Made by a program: the position numbers and the translations under genes. The notes below the pieces were generated by a model that ran no database searches, was not told where the DNA came from, and was given only the letters and a program-made list of their open reading frames with translations. DNA of 62,646 nucleotides, filler included, from Stramenopiles sp. TOSAG23-2 (taxonomy: Eukaryota): assembly GCA_900128395.1 (NCBI GenBank). It is 6 parts of 6 records of this genome, joined end to end, with 100 filler letters (N's around TTAATTAATTAA, not from the genome) between each part and the next. Parts side by side here need not be neighbours in the genome. Positions count along the whole stretch, not along the records: positions 28,100 to 55,882 come from LT649410.1; positions 55,983 to 57,574 come from LT652638.1; 4 more parts are not named here. The stretch is one strand, 5' to 3'. Every line of letters begins with the position of its first letter. Position 1 is the stretch's first letter. Below, piece by piece: positions 45,237 to 56,186 of the stretch.

Positions 45237-47606
45237 ATGCCTACGAAAAAACGATCTTCGAATTTAAGTAGCAACAAAAAAGTTGAATATACTAAAGCAC
45301 AAAAAATGTATATGAAACTATGTAATAATAGTAAAGTACGGCCTGATACGGAATTTGTGAATCATTTACCAGATCAAATATTGTATTTTCCAAATTTGGA
45401 TAATGCGGGGGAGAAGGAAATAGATATAGTTGGTGTATTGACCAGTCGTATGACAAAAACAAAACACATTAAATACGGTTGTATTGTTCCAGATGGCAGT
45501 CAAGGTGAAGGAAGTGGTGGTAGAAAACGTGTTGTCTTGCCTGGGCAAGAAGATATACCAATTTATACAGCTGGCTCCTGTTTAAAGCTATGTAAATCTG
45601 TTCAACGTTGCGTTATTCAATCAAAGTCAATATTAACTCTCGAACTTGCTGGTATACATTTACGTGCAGATGCTTTAAGAGCAATAGGTAAAGGTATTTT
45701 GGAAAGTACATCTCTTAAACGTTTAAATTTAGGGCGTTGTGGATTAAATGATGATGGCATGGCTATCATTAATAAAGCGCTTGTTGATAGTAGATCATTG
45801 AATGATATTGATTTATCCGGCAATAACTTGCATGACAGTAGCGCGTCAGCCATTGCTGCATTAATTCGTCGTCACTCAGCGAGACGGGATGATGAATATT
45901 GGGCTAGTTGTTTACGTTCTGGTGGCGAAGAAGGCTTAGTTCCTCGTGGACCAAATCCAAGTGTTGCAGAGATAAACGTACAATTGAAAGGTTTAGTTGC
46001 AATTGATATTTCAGGGAATGAATTTACTGATAAATCGCTTGGTAGCATTAACATAGATGGAAGCGTTGGCATGGGACCTCTTGGGAAAGTCATTGCAAGG
46101 GATGATTGGCTTGTAGCATTTAATTTTTTAGATAATAATATAACGGAGAATGGTGCAACAATTTTGAAAAAAGCATTAGAAGAAAATGAATCATTAGCTG
46201 CAATTGATTTCAGGCCAAAGCCTATGGTTCCATCTGATTTGGTTGAGTCTAAAGTGAAACCAACGTTAACGGGAGAATTACCAAAACCAATTTTACATCA
46301 ATTAGGTCGTCGTGATCCAAAAACTGCTAGTTGGATGATGACACGCATCCCAAAAAAAGGCGTGATAGCCACTCATGAAGCAATACATCAAATATTAGCA
46401 CGATGGGGTTGGTTTGGTTTAAGAGAAGGGGAAGAAGCGGAAAAAGCAATTTCAGGCAAAAAAACTACTACAACGAAAAAACGTAGTAGTAAAAAATCTA
46501 CAAGTAGTAGGATTAATAAGAAAAAAAGCAATGAAAATAATAAAAGCAGCGTGAATACTTCAACTCGTATGAAACGCAATCGATTAGGAAACAAAAATGC
46601 AACGAAAAGCACAGGTACTTCCAGAAATGCAAAATCAACAACGACTACAACAACAAAAAAGAAAAAAGTGTTGAAAAAAAAAGGAAAAAAGAAAAAGGCA
46701 ACAGCTAGTGTCAATGTAACGATTCCAAGACCAAAATCAGCACCGTCGGGTGATTTTGCCTTGAATAATTTAAGTAGTAAAAGCAGTGGTAGTCTGCGTG
46801 GCCGTGTTCCTAAAACTAGGCTAGAGCGTGCTGATATGGCAGCTGCAAGACTAAATAGTAATGCTACGGAACGTCCAAAAACATCACGGGGATCACGTCC
46901 TAAATTTACTCAAGCACAAAGAAATAAAGCTTTTGGTTTAGAAAGCCCTAATACATTTGAAGCATCTACTCGGCCACCACAAGTTGAAACAGTCGATCTT
47001 CGTTTGTCACCCGAAGCAATTGATGCTTTGCGTTCTGTATTTCGACGCGTCATCATGAATAATTCCGATGCCGATGATGTTGATCATAGTAATCAACCGA
47101 CTGCACCATTTAAAGATTTAGTAACGGAGCTGCAACGTGATGCAAATGCATCAGCATTGTTGAATATTCCTGGATCCACACCTCGTAACAACAATAATTC
47201 CGCTGTGTTAAATTCCCAACGAATGTCATGGTCCACACTGTTACAGTTTTTCAGCGAACGTGCAGAAAAAGCAACAATTATAGCAAAATCGCCGCGTAAA
47301 AGATCAAAAAATCAAGTAAATTTTCCAAATTCTCCACGTATATTAGTTGATGGTGTTGAAGAAGGAAATGAGTTAGAGGTATTAAGCATGCTAGAAAATT
47401 GGGTTGCTCAAATGCATGATTTTATAGATAAAGCAGAGGAAGATCCTACATTGTTAAATAGTGGCAAGAAAAAGAAGAAAAAGAAAAGCAATAAGCGGAA
47501 GGAAACAACACCGCAGAAAAATAAAGAAAAGACGGTTGTTGCAATGAGTCCAGATGAAGTTAGAAATGCAATAGCAAGTCGTTTAAAGGACATGTTTGAT
47601 GTTTAA
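45237..47606 (+). CDS. CEP78: Centrosomal LRR protein, CEP78-like
   Basis: RI-type LRRs; RRDDEYWASCLR..KGL..DDWLVA..ITENGA..ENESLAAIDFR follows the CEP78 pattern; basic disordered C-half. Confidence 0.75.
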   Translation: MPTKKRSSNLSSNKKVEYTKAQKMYMKLCNNSKVRPDTEFVNHLPDQILYFPNLDNAGEKEIDIVGVLTSRMTKTKHIKYGCIVPDGSQGEGSGGRKRVVLPGQEDIPIYTAGSCLKLCKSVQRCVIQSKSILTLELAGIHLRADALRAIGKGILESTSLKRLNLGRCGLNDDGMAIINKALVDSRSLNDIDLSGNNLHDSSASAIAALIRRHSARRDDEYWASCLRSGGEEGLVPRGPNPSVAEINVQLKGLVAIDISGNEFTDKSLGSINIDGSVGMGPLGKVIARDDWLVAFNFLDNNITENGATILKKALEENESLAAIDFRPKPMVPSDLVESKVKPTLTGELPKPILHQLGRRDPKTASWMMTRIPKKGVIATHEAIHQILARWGWFGLREGEEAEKAISGKKTTTTKKRSSKKSTSSRINKKKSNENNKSSVNTSTRMKRNRLGNKNATKSTGTSRNAKSTTTTTTKKKKVLKKKGKKKKATASVNVTIPRPKSAPSGDFALNNLSSKSSGSLRGRVPKTRLERADMAAARLNSNATERPKTSRGSRPKFTQAQRNKAFGLESPNTFEASTRPPQVETVDLRLSPEAIDALRSVFRRVIMNNSDADDVDHSNQPTAPFKDLVTELQRDANASALLNIPGSTPRNNNNSAVLNSQRMSWSTLLQFFSERAEKATIIAKSPRKRSKNQVNFPNSPRILVDGVEEGNELEVLSMLENWVAQMHDFIDKAEEDPTLLNSGKKKKKKKSNKRKETTPQKNKEKTVVAMSPDEVRNAIASRLKDMFDV

Positions 47607-47864
47607 AGGGGAAAAAAAATTATAAAAAAATAGATGTATGACATACCACACATTATATTATATCTCTCTATATATTAAATATCATTTATTACAACGAACG
47701 TCGTACGAACGTAAAAAATTTATTTTATTTTCTAGAATATATGCTGTTAAAAGACACGTTAATTTTTGACACACGAAAAAAATATTTACATTTTATATTA
47801 TATATTCTTCTCTCTTTTTTAGCACTGTACATTTAGACATACCATTGTGTACATCACTCGTACT

Positions 47865-48263
47865 TTATAAATCTCCTTTCATCCATGGAATAACCAAAAA
47901 AGTAACTGCAAATAATGCTGTTGTTGATGGAATTAAAATAGAGCGTCGTTTAGCACGTTCTTTTGCTGCAAACGCAATTTTAGGATGCGGTGGCAATTTA
48001 CGATGACTAGCATCACAGAACGGAACTTTTTTGGATTGTTTACATAGACACATATAATTCGTTTCTTTTTCTGCTACAAATTTTATAGGCGTAATGCCTG
48101 TTTGTAATCTTTTATGACTACCATCACAAAATGGCTGTTTTTTTGAGCGTCCACAATTACAGAAATAATATGTTTTCCCTACTTCCAATTGCATTTTTTT
48201 GCATCCACGCCCTGCAACATATTTGCCATTGATGATTAAATCTTCAATATCTGGTAATACCAT
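47865..48263 (-). CDS. Tandem CDGSH [2Fe-2S] protein (CISD3/MiNT-like) with a hydrophobic C-tail
   Basis: CNCGRSKKQPFCDGSH and CLCKQSKKVPFCDASH. Confidence 0.88.
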   Translation of the reverse strand: MVLPDIEDLIINGKYVAGRGCKKMQLEVGKTYYFCNCGRSKKQPFCDGSHKRLQTGITPIKFVAEKETNYMCLCKQSKKVPFCDASHRKLPPHPKIAFAAKERAKRRSILIPSTTALFAVTFLVIPWMKGDL

Positions 48264-49026
48264 GTTCTTTTCGTTCTTTTATTGTTGAATTGTTAAAGTA
48301 GTCGTCTATCTATAAATTATTTCCATCTACATTGCATCTTTTCATGCATCTTTTTATAACGACAAATTCACCCAAAAGCCACAGGCTTTTTGCAGGTTGC
48401 CAGGCCCCACCACTAACTTCAAATCAGAGAGAATCAAAAATATGATGATGGGATTTCTTGCAAAAAAAAGACCAATAAACCAATTTATTATTAATTTTGT
48501 TTTTAATCAGTATCGAAATATCCGCATACGTGTCATAGTAAACCACACCACCTCCTGATGTGTATGAATATAAATAGTGAATTAGAATAGCAATCATACA
48601 GTGAGTTTTACCAGGTATTAATATTAATACTACGGTATTATAGCTACCTGAATTAAATAATCATGAAAATCCCAATTTTCTAAATCAACCCACCACAATC
48701 ACAATAGGATTGAAGCTTGACTTGTTGTGCATACGTATGAGTGTAATACTTTTTATGTATATATTTATATTATATGTACAAATTATATCATCGTGGTCAA
48801 TGATGTAGATCTATATATTTATGTATTATTTGAAAAGGAACAGAGAAAAGTTTTTACTAACAGTACTACTTTATTCTATGCATATCCATTTGAGGGAGGA
48901 AGGTACTACGATAGCAGAATTTTGAGTTTTTAAACATTTATAGACGTGTATATATACACACACACATATTTATTAAAGATTATATACCAATATATATAAA
49001 TTGATAAAATTTAAAAACAAAACAAA

Positions 49027-50673
49027 ATGAGGCGAGGTAAACCAAAACGTGGTGGGAATAAAGGAAATAAAGGTTCAACGAAAATTTATTTTTTAATATT
49101 TGCTGCTGGATTTGTTGCAGTGACTTTTTTTTTAATTGGTGGGATATTAAAATCATGTACAAATGATGTGAAAGGAATAGACTTGAAGCGAACATTAAAT
49201 GCAGTTGGTGTTAAGAATCTTAAAGATGTTGGAAGAACATATCAAGATTTAGAAGCAAAATATGAAGCAAGTTTACAAACAATCCAGTCTTTGCAATTAA
49301 AAATGGAACGTACAAAAAGAAATATACCAATAGGAAGCGTTAATAATGATGCAATACCTGGAATCAAACCTTTACAAGTAGGCCAGAAATATGCAGATCA
49401 AGACGGAGAGGCCGCTGCTGCCATAGAGAAGCATGACGAGAAAAGTTCAAACCAATTAATGCCACCACCAGGTGAAGCAAACCGTTTACCAATACAAAAA
49501 GCGGCGATTGTTGGTAGTGATGTGGCAGCAATTAAAAAAAATAATTTACGACGTGATTCGAAATCAACTCGTAACTTACACGCAAATAATAATGATCACA
49601 ATAATAATAACAACAAGCAAATTCTTGGGAAAACTGCATTGGTTGTTATATGTTTCAACCGTCCAAAATATCTAAGGAAGACATTAGATAAAATTTTTGA
49701 ATATTATCATAATGAAAATGATGTAACAATATTTCTTTCACAAGATGGTAGAGTCTCATCCGTAGAATCAGTCATTGATAATTTTATTGCAAAATTTAAA
49801 ATGAAATTTCCAGACTCACCGGTACCAATTCATTTATTTCATATGCAATCAATTGGAAATGGATATATGAAATTAGCACAACATTTTAAATACGCATTGA
49901 ATGAGATATTTGTTACGCGTGGACATGCTAGGACAATAATAGTGGAAGATGATTTAGAAATTGCACCAGATTTTTTCGATTATTTTAATGCCATGGCACC
50001 AATATTGGATAATGATGATACTGTCATGGCTATTTCTGCATGGAATGATAATGGATTTCAGCAATTTACAACCGATGCGACAAAAGTTGTACGATCTGAC
50101 TTTTTCCCAGGATTAGGATGGATGTTAAATAAAAGAATGTGGGATGAATGGGGTCCAAAATGGCCTAAAGGTTATTGGGATGATTGGTTACGTGAACCTC
50201 CACAACGAAAAAATCGTGTAACAATTAGACCAGAAATTAGTCGTACATTTACCTTTGGTAAGAAAGGTGTTAGCCATGCACAATTTTTTGAAAGATATTT
50301 AGGTAAAGTAGTTTTAAATAAGGAACATATAAATTGGAAGAATCTTGATTTTTCATATTTAAATAAAGAATCCTATGACAAGGAATTGCATGATGCGGTT
50401 GATAAAGCAACTGCTACAGACGTTTCAACAGTCAAAAATATTGCATATGGTCATGATAATACACTTGATCATGATGTAAAAATATTTTACAAAAGTTTGG
50501 ACAAAGGTCCACAACCTAGTTTTCATATGCTTGCGAATCAATTAGGTATTATGGGGGATAGCAAAGCAAGAGTTCCACGAACAGGCTATTTAGGTATTGT
50601 ATCATTGCGTGCAGGCAATGGTAATAATAAAAGAATATTTCTCGTTCCAGCTGTAGATGTTAAATTGAAATAA
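49027..50673 (+). CDS. MGAT1: N-acetylglucosaminyltransferase I (GT13)
   Basis: Type II TM anchor; FNRP, SQDG, IVEDDLEIAPDFF, SAWNDNG, DFFPGLGW, YWDDWLR, RPEISRT. Confidence 0.95.
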   Translation: MRRGKPKRGGNKGNKGSTKIYFLIFAAGFVAVTFFLIGGILKSCTNDVKGIDLKRTLNAVGVKNLKDVGRTYQDLEAKYEASLQTIQSLQLKMERTKRNIPIGSVNNDAIPGIKPLQVGQKYADQDGEAAAAIEKHDEKSSNQLMPPPGEANRLPIQKAAIVGSDVAAIKKNNLRRDSKSTRNLHANNNDHNNNNNKQILGKTALVVICFNRPKYLRKTLDKIFEYYHNENDVTIFLSQDGRVSSVESVIDNFIAKFKMKFPDSPVPIHLFHMQSIGNGYMKLAQHFKYALNEIFVTRGHARTIIVEDDLEIAPDFFDYFNAMAPILDNDDTVMAISAWNDNGFQQFTTDATKVVRSDFFPGLGWMLNKRMWDEWGPKWPKGYWDDWLREPPQRKNRVTIRPEISRTFTFGKKGVSHAQFFERYLGKVVLNKEHINWKNLDFSYLNKESYDKELHDAVDKATATDVSTVKNIAYGHDNTLDHDVKIFYKSLDKGPQPSFHMLANQLGIMGDSKARVPRTGYLGIVSLRAGNGNNKRIFLVPAVDVKLK

Positions 50674-50798
50674 TCTCAAGTCAATTATTTAAAATTATAT
50701 ACAGAAGAAGTATATATGATGAGACCCGGTTTTTCATTTCTGAGGAGGAGACTTCCACAAGGGACGAATAAATGTTAGTATACTAATAAGTTCAATAA

Positions 50799-51046
50799 GT
50801 ACAAATTACACATATTTTACTATCAAACCTCGTGCATTATAATTCCTAGATCTTGCGAAAATCATGAATTTTTGGAAAATTTGTATCATTTTTATTTTTA
50901 ATCCAAGAAGATACTCTATTATGTACAAATTACACATATTTTACTATCAAACCTCGTGCATTATAATTCCTAGATCTTGCGAAAATCATGAATTTTTGGA
51001 AAATTTGTATCATTTTTATTTTTAATCCAAGAAGATACTCTATTAT
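50799..51046. repeat. Perfect tandem duplication, 124-bp unit (intergenic)
   Basis: GTACAAATTAC.. at 50799 and 50923. Confidence 0.95.
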
Positions 51047-51340
51047 AAATGCACTCTATGAATTGAGTCATTTTTATAGGCACGATGGTGATTTTATATA
51101 CATATAAAGAATATTTTTTTTGATCAAGTGAAATGACAACACAATCGGTGAAAGTTGTACTTATACATTATAACATCTAATTATAAATAGTTATATTAAT
51201 GTACATATATAGTAATAGTTACGCTTCGTAGACATGTCGCGAATAGATATAGTTTTATATGGTTCGTATTTACTACCAAGTGTCCGTACCAATTGTAAGC
51301 CAATTTGCCACAATATATATACATATATATATTATACAAA

Positions 51341-53013
51341 ATGATCATATGGAAGCAACAACGAAATTCACTACTAATTTTATTGATTACATTTTTTAGT
51401 TTAAGTGATGTATTTGCAACATCAAACTTTAAGAATGATACATCATATTTACCACAAATAACAAATAGAAACGGTAAATTATACACAACAGATAATCAAA
51501 TTTTCACTCCACGTGGTGTTAACTACATAAGATTAAATGGATCGCAAGGAACAAAAGCAAATTTACCCGTCTATCACTCCACCTTTTCACCAAAGTATTA
51601 TGAAGGAAATAGAAGCTATACAGAGAATATGTTTCAAAAATTACATTTATTGAAATTCAATATTGTTCGAGTATTGTAAGTTAAAGTAGTAAAATTCTAT
51701 TTCCCTAAACCTAAAAAAGGTATCCTAACTAACACAACGCTCATTCATACGCTATGCTCCACAGTATTGATGTTGGAACTTTAAATCGATTTGATGGTAT
51801 TAATGGCAATGGAACCGCTAATATTCCATTAAATGCAATGTATTTAGACAACGTTGCTGATTTTATTAAGATTAGCTCGAAATATGGTATTTATGTTGTT
51901 CCAACTTTAGATTGGATTCCTCAGAATAATTATTTTATGACAAAATGTAATGTCGAGGAAGAAGCAAAAGCAACAAATCTTGAATTTCCAAACGTACAAT
52001 ATATGAGTGAAAAGTGTGTAAATGCAAAAGCAGAATATGTAAAAATATTTTTAGATGGTTTGAAAGATCGTGTTAGCATGAAATTACTTAATACAATTGC
52101 ATGGATCTCTATTACCAATGAAGCGTATTATTCAACTGGTCATTTACCATTTTCATCCAAATCAATAAATGTAACTACATCTAGTAATAACAAAACTTAC
52201 GATATGGCCAATCCAAACGATAGACAAATGTGTGCAAACGAAAATGCACTGTATTATGTTAATATAGTCAAAATGCATGTGGAAAAAGAATATGAAAATA
52301 TATTAATAACAATTGGTTTGTTTACATATTTTGCAGTTGGTAAAACTATACAAGAAAACTATGGTCTTTTGCCTTTGAAAAATATTGATAATAGGTTTCC
52401 ATTCTTACCAAATGCTTTGTTAACGTCAAAATCAAAAATTAATTTATTAGATCAACATATTTATCATACACCTGGATGGTCAATGAAAAAAGATTTAGAA
52501 TCTGTTGAATGGAAATCCTTAAATTTTAGTAAAAACTGTGTTGTTATGGGTGAATTTGGTGCATTTAAAGTTCCTGTAGTCTTTCCTACACCTGAAGCTG
52601 CTGCAATTGCGATGAAAAATCAACAAATTGAATCATGTAATTTATATAATTTCTCCGGCTGGTTGTTCTGGACGTTTGATACGTTTGAACAGCCATTTTT
52701 GTGGAATATGAAATCGAATGACTATATTCGTGATGTCTTAAGTCCTCTGAATCGTCCCTCCGCGTGCGATGATGATATGATAAAGGATAAAAATGAAGCA
52801 AAAAGATATAATAAATGTAGGAAATTGTATGCAAATCGTTCTGCATGTAATAATGATAATGTGACTTTTGGTGGATGTGTTTGGTGTGACATTGTTGATC
52901 AACCACCGTTTTGTACTGAAATTTACATAGCCAAGGCCTGGCCACATCCTCCTCAATTTCCTCCATGGAGATGTGATAAAAATATTACAAATGGTTTACA
53001 AAACGAAAGCTGA
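51341..53013 (+). CDS. Secreted GH5-like (clan GH-A) glycoside hydrolase with a C-terminal Cys-rich module; 2 exons
   Basis: Signal peptide; RGVNY; spliced NIVRVFID; ITNEA acid/base, VMGEFG nucleophile, GWLFWTF. Confidence 0.82.
51676..51764 (+). other. Spliceosomal intron (89 nt)
   Basis: GTAAGT donor, CTAAC twice near 51725-51733, CAG acceptor; splicing gives RVFIDVG. Confidence 0.85.
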
Positions 53014-53495
53014 TAAAATAGTAAAGACTGATACTTGCATAACATAATAATCATCTTCACATATTTCAATTGTAAGTTGCACGTGTTGAATGCAATACTA
53101 AAATTATTTTTAAATTGTATTAATAATTTCAATAATAGGATCTGATGATATTTATGTTGCTTTATACCTGTTGTATTTCTAATATTATAACAGGTAAATA
53201 CCATTACCATTATTATAATACCTGTATTATACCTGTATAATATACCTCTGTACTTCTAATATTATACCTCGGTATAAAAAAAAAAAAGTACAAGTTTGTA
53301 AATAAAAAAGTATTGTTATTAATATTATTATTATTAATATTAATTATACATTTTAAATATTAGTTGTTCCTTCTGATGCATGATCAAAAGAAGAATTGGA
53401 ATATATACATATAGAAGTATTTGTCTTTCCAAACCTTAGAATACATGTTTGTAGTAGCAATATCAATATATATATATATATATAAATAGATAATA

Positions 53496-55622
53496 ATGCA
53501 AACACGAACAGATGCATTTTTTTCGAGTAACTATGCTCCACAAAATAGAAATAACAATAATAATAATAATAACAATATTAGTGGAATAAATGGTGATGGA
53601 AATAACTCACCAACCACTTCTTTTCGCCGTGTATATGATCGTAAAGGCAGTCAGCCACATATAAACCATCCTACGAATATTAATAGTGGTAATAGTAATG
53701 GAACACTTACATCTCCGCATCAAATAAGTAGAAAAAATCCAAATAGTAGTAGTGGTAGCAATAATAATAGTAATAACATTGGTGTTGGAACTAATAATAA
53801 TAATAATAATAATAGTAAAACCTCAAGCGCAATAAATAGCAATAATAAAAAAATGAATAATTTCAAAGGCATCAATAACAATTCAAGCCGTGTCAGATTG
53901 GCAGCAAGTCCTAGTCTACTCAATGAAAACACTGCGAAATTATTTAGGCAACGCGATAGTGATGTACGTCCTTCCCCTGTAAGAATGTCAAATTTAAATC
54001 CATCATCTGTTGGTCAAAATATTTCAAGACCCAATAACAGAAGAATCAAATCGGATAATAACAATAATAATAGAATAGCACAACAAAATATGATTAAACG
54101 AAGAATGTCGTTACAAGAACAAAATGCCATGATGAAAAATTACAATAACAGCATGGTATTATATCAATATGGCACAGTTGCTAATCAATGCAACCGTATT
54201 AAAATGGATTTGAAAGAGTTAAAACGTTCTGTCTTATCGGAATGTAGATCGACCGGATCCTTCATTGAAAACAGTATGGCAGAAATAACTAAAAAAGCTT
54301 CTTTGTATGAAAATGATAGAGCAAGATTACGACAACGCCTTGCAAAGATGGAACGAGCAAATGGATTGTTGATGCGGGAGTTAATCCAGACAAAGGAGAC
54401 TTTGGCAGATGTCCAATCTGAACGCGATGTTTTAATTGATGAGTTGAAATTATGTGAAAAATTGGGTGGTGCTCCAATTCATGCTTTAAAAGCACGGGGT
54501 CAAGAATTAGCTGCAATGAGAGCACGTGCTGTATTAGCAAATACGAGGGAAAGAGAACGGAGACAAAAAAATAATTTAGGTATAGGTGGTAGAAAAAATT
54601 CCGATGATGGTAATGATAATGATAAAGATGATGGAAAAGATACTGGTGAAGATAATAATAATAATAGTAACTTAAATATGAATGAAAAGGTGAACAGTAA
54701 GGATAACAAACGTATTAATACAAGTGGGAAGGCAAGTAATGATAATGATAAAGGGAAGAATAAGAACGATACGGATACAACTTCCTCCTCTTCCGCTAAG
54801 GAAAGCGACGATATAAAAGCCCTTTTTTATCGATGTATTAATAATTCGTTCTTGTTAATACAAATTGATGATATTGAATTTAACCAATTATTATCACATC
54901 TGCGCACTGGCAATGGGCGCGAAGCTTTTGCATATGCATTACATCGACATAAATTGCCGGATAACGAGCCACCAAAATCAGTATCGGAAAGCGCCTTTGA
55001 AATGATTTCGTATTTAATGAAAGAATGTTTAGATCAATGTTCAAATGCTACACCACCTGATTATCGTGTTGCGCAAATGCTAATGAGTATGGAGATGTCC
55101 TTTTGTATGCCTGGAAAAGCAGGGGAAGATGACTTCATATTTTTAAACCAGCGTATTTCAAAAAATGCTATATGGAAGGATGTAGCATTTTGGGAGGAAG
55201 CTTTTTTTTCTGCTTTAGAAAGTATAAGGAAGGTCGATGCATCACAATTTCCTAATTTAACGCCAGCAGAACAACGTAGATTTATAGAGAATGAACAATC
55301 TGTGGTTTTGCAATTGATATATTCATTTAAACTCAGAATGCAAAAATTGAAAGTGAAAAAAAAATCCATGAATGCTTTATTAATACGATTATGTAAAATT
55401 CATGACATACCAGAAGGAAAGATTATTCCTATTGGCCCAGCAAATGGACAACAACAGCCGCAGCAAAATATGGAGCAACAAGAAGGTTATGCGACAAATA
55501 TGAATAGTATTGACCACCCGAACAATTATAAAAGAGTTAGAGATCAATCAATTGATCAAATTGATACAACTGTTGAGAATTATACTTTAGAGATGCACGA
55601 TCCTGAAGTTGCAGATATTTGA
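53496..55622 (+). CDS. Asn-rich coiled-coil protein with a C-terminal SBF2/MADD-like helical domain
   Basis: GREAFAYAL..SESAFE..CLDQC..DYRVAQML..IWKDVAFWEEAF resembles the helical domain that follows DENN modules. Confidence 0.6.
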   Translation: MQTRTDAFFSSNYAPQNRNNNNNNNNNISGINGDGNNSPTTSFRRVYDRKGSQPHINHPTNINSGNSNGTLTSPHQISRKNPNSSSGSNNNSNNIGVGTNNNNNNNSKTSSAINSNNKKMNNFKGINNNSSRVRLAASPSLLNENTAKLFRQRDSDVRPSPVRMSNLNPSSVGQNISRPNNRRIKSDNNNNNRIAQQNMIKRRMSLQEQNAMMKNYNNSMVLYQYGTVANQCNRIKMDLKELKRSVLSECRSTGSFIENSMAEITKKASLYENDRARLRQRLAKMERANGLLMRELIQTKETLADVQSERDVLIDELKLCEKLGGAPIHALKARGQELAAMRARAVLANTRERERRQKNNLGIGGRKNSDDGNDNDKDDGKDTGEDNNNNSNLNMNEKVNSKDNKRINTSGKASNDNDKGKNKNDTDTTSSSSAKESDDIKALFYRCINNSFLLIQIDDIEFNQLLSHLRTGNGREAFAYALHRHKLPDNEPPKSVSESAFEMISYLMKECLDQCSNATPPDYRVAQMLMSMEMSFCMPGKAGEDDFIFLNQRISKNAIWKDVAFWEEAFFSALESIRKVDASQFPNLTPAEQRRFIENEQSVVLQLIYSFKLRMQKLKVKKKSMNALLIRLCKIHDIPEGKIIPIGPANGQQQPQQNMEQQEGYATNMNSIDHPNNYKRVRDQSIDQIDTTVENYTLEMHDPEVADI

Positions 55623-55882
55623 AAATCGTAAAAAATGTGTGGATGGAGTGACATTTAAATATATATACCGAGTATATATATATGTACATAAAAAATATAA
55701 TTATATCGTATCATAATAATTTACGCATAATTTATTGTTTTAATTTATGATACTCATGATAATTCCTACTCTTCAAAAGAATATACAATAACTGAAATAA
55801 TCTATCTCACACTAATGTGTTGATATTCCCATAATAAGAGAAAACCAATGAAGGTATATATAATATTAATAATATATATGAG

Positions 55883-55982
55883 NNNNNNNNNNNNNNNNNN
55901 NNNNNNNNNNNNNNNNNNNNNNNNNNTTAATTAATTAANNNNNNNNNNNNNNNNNNNNNNNNNNNNNNNNNNNNNNNNNNNN
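55883..55982. other. Artificial contig spacer
   Basis: N44-TTAATTAATTAA-N44. Confidence 0.97.
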
Positions 55983-56186
55983 GTAATATTGTTTAAATAT
56001 TGAAATATCAAAAATAAATTTTGATAATTTTTAACCTCTGTATTATAATTACTCTGCTGGTCTGCCACAGTAGCTGCTACGTACGAAATAATAAAAAATA
56101 AAAAAAATATATATTTTTAATTTTTTACACACACAACACACATCCCTTCATCAGAGTATAAAATTATACTCGCGGTTCTCTCTTTT

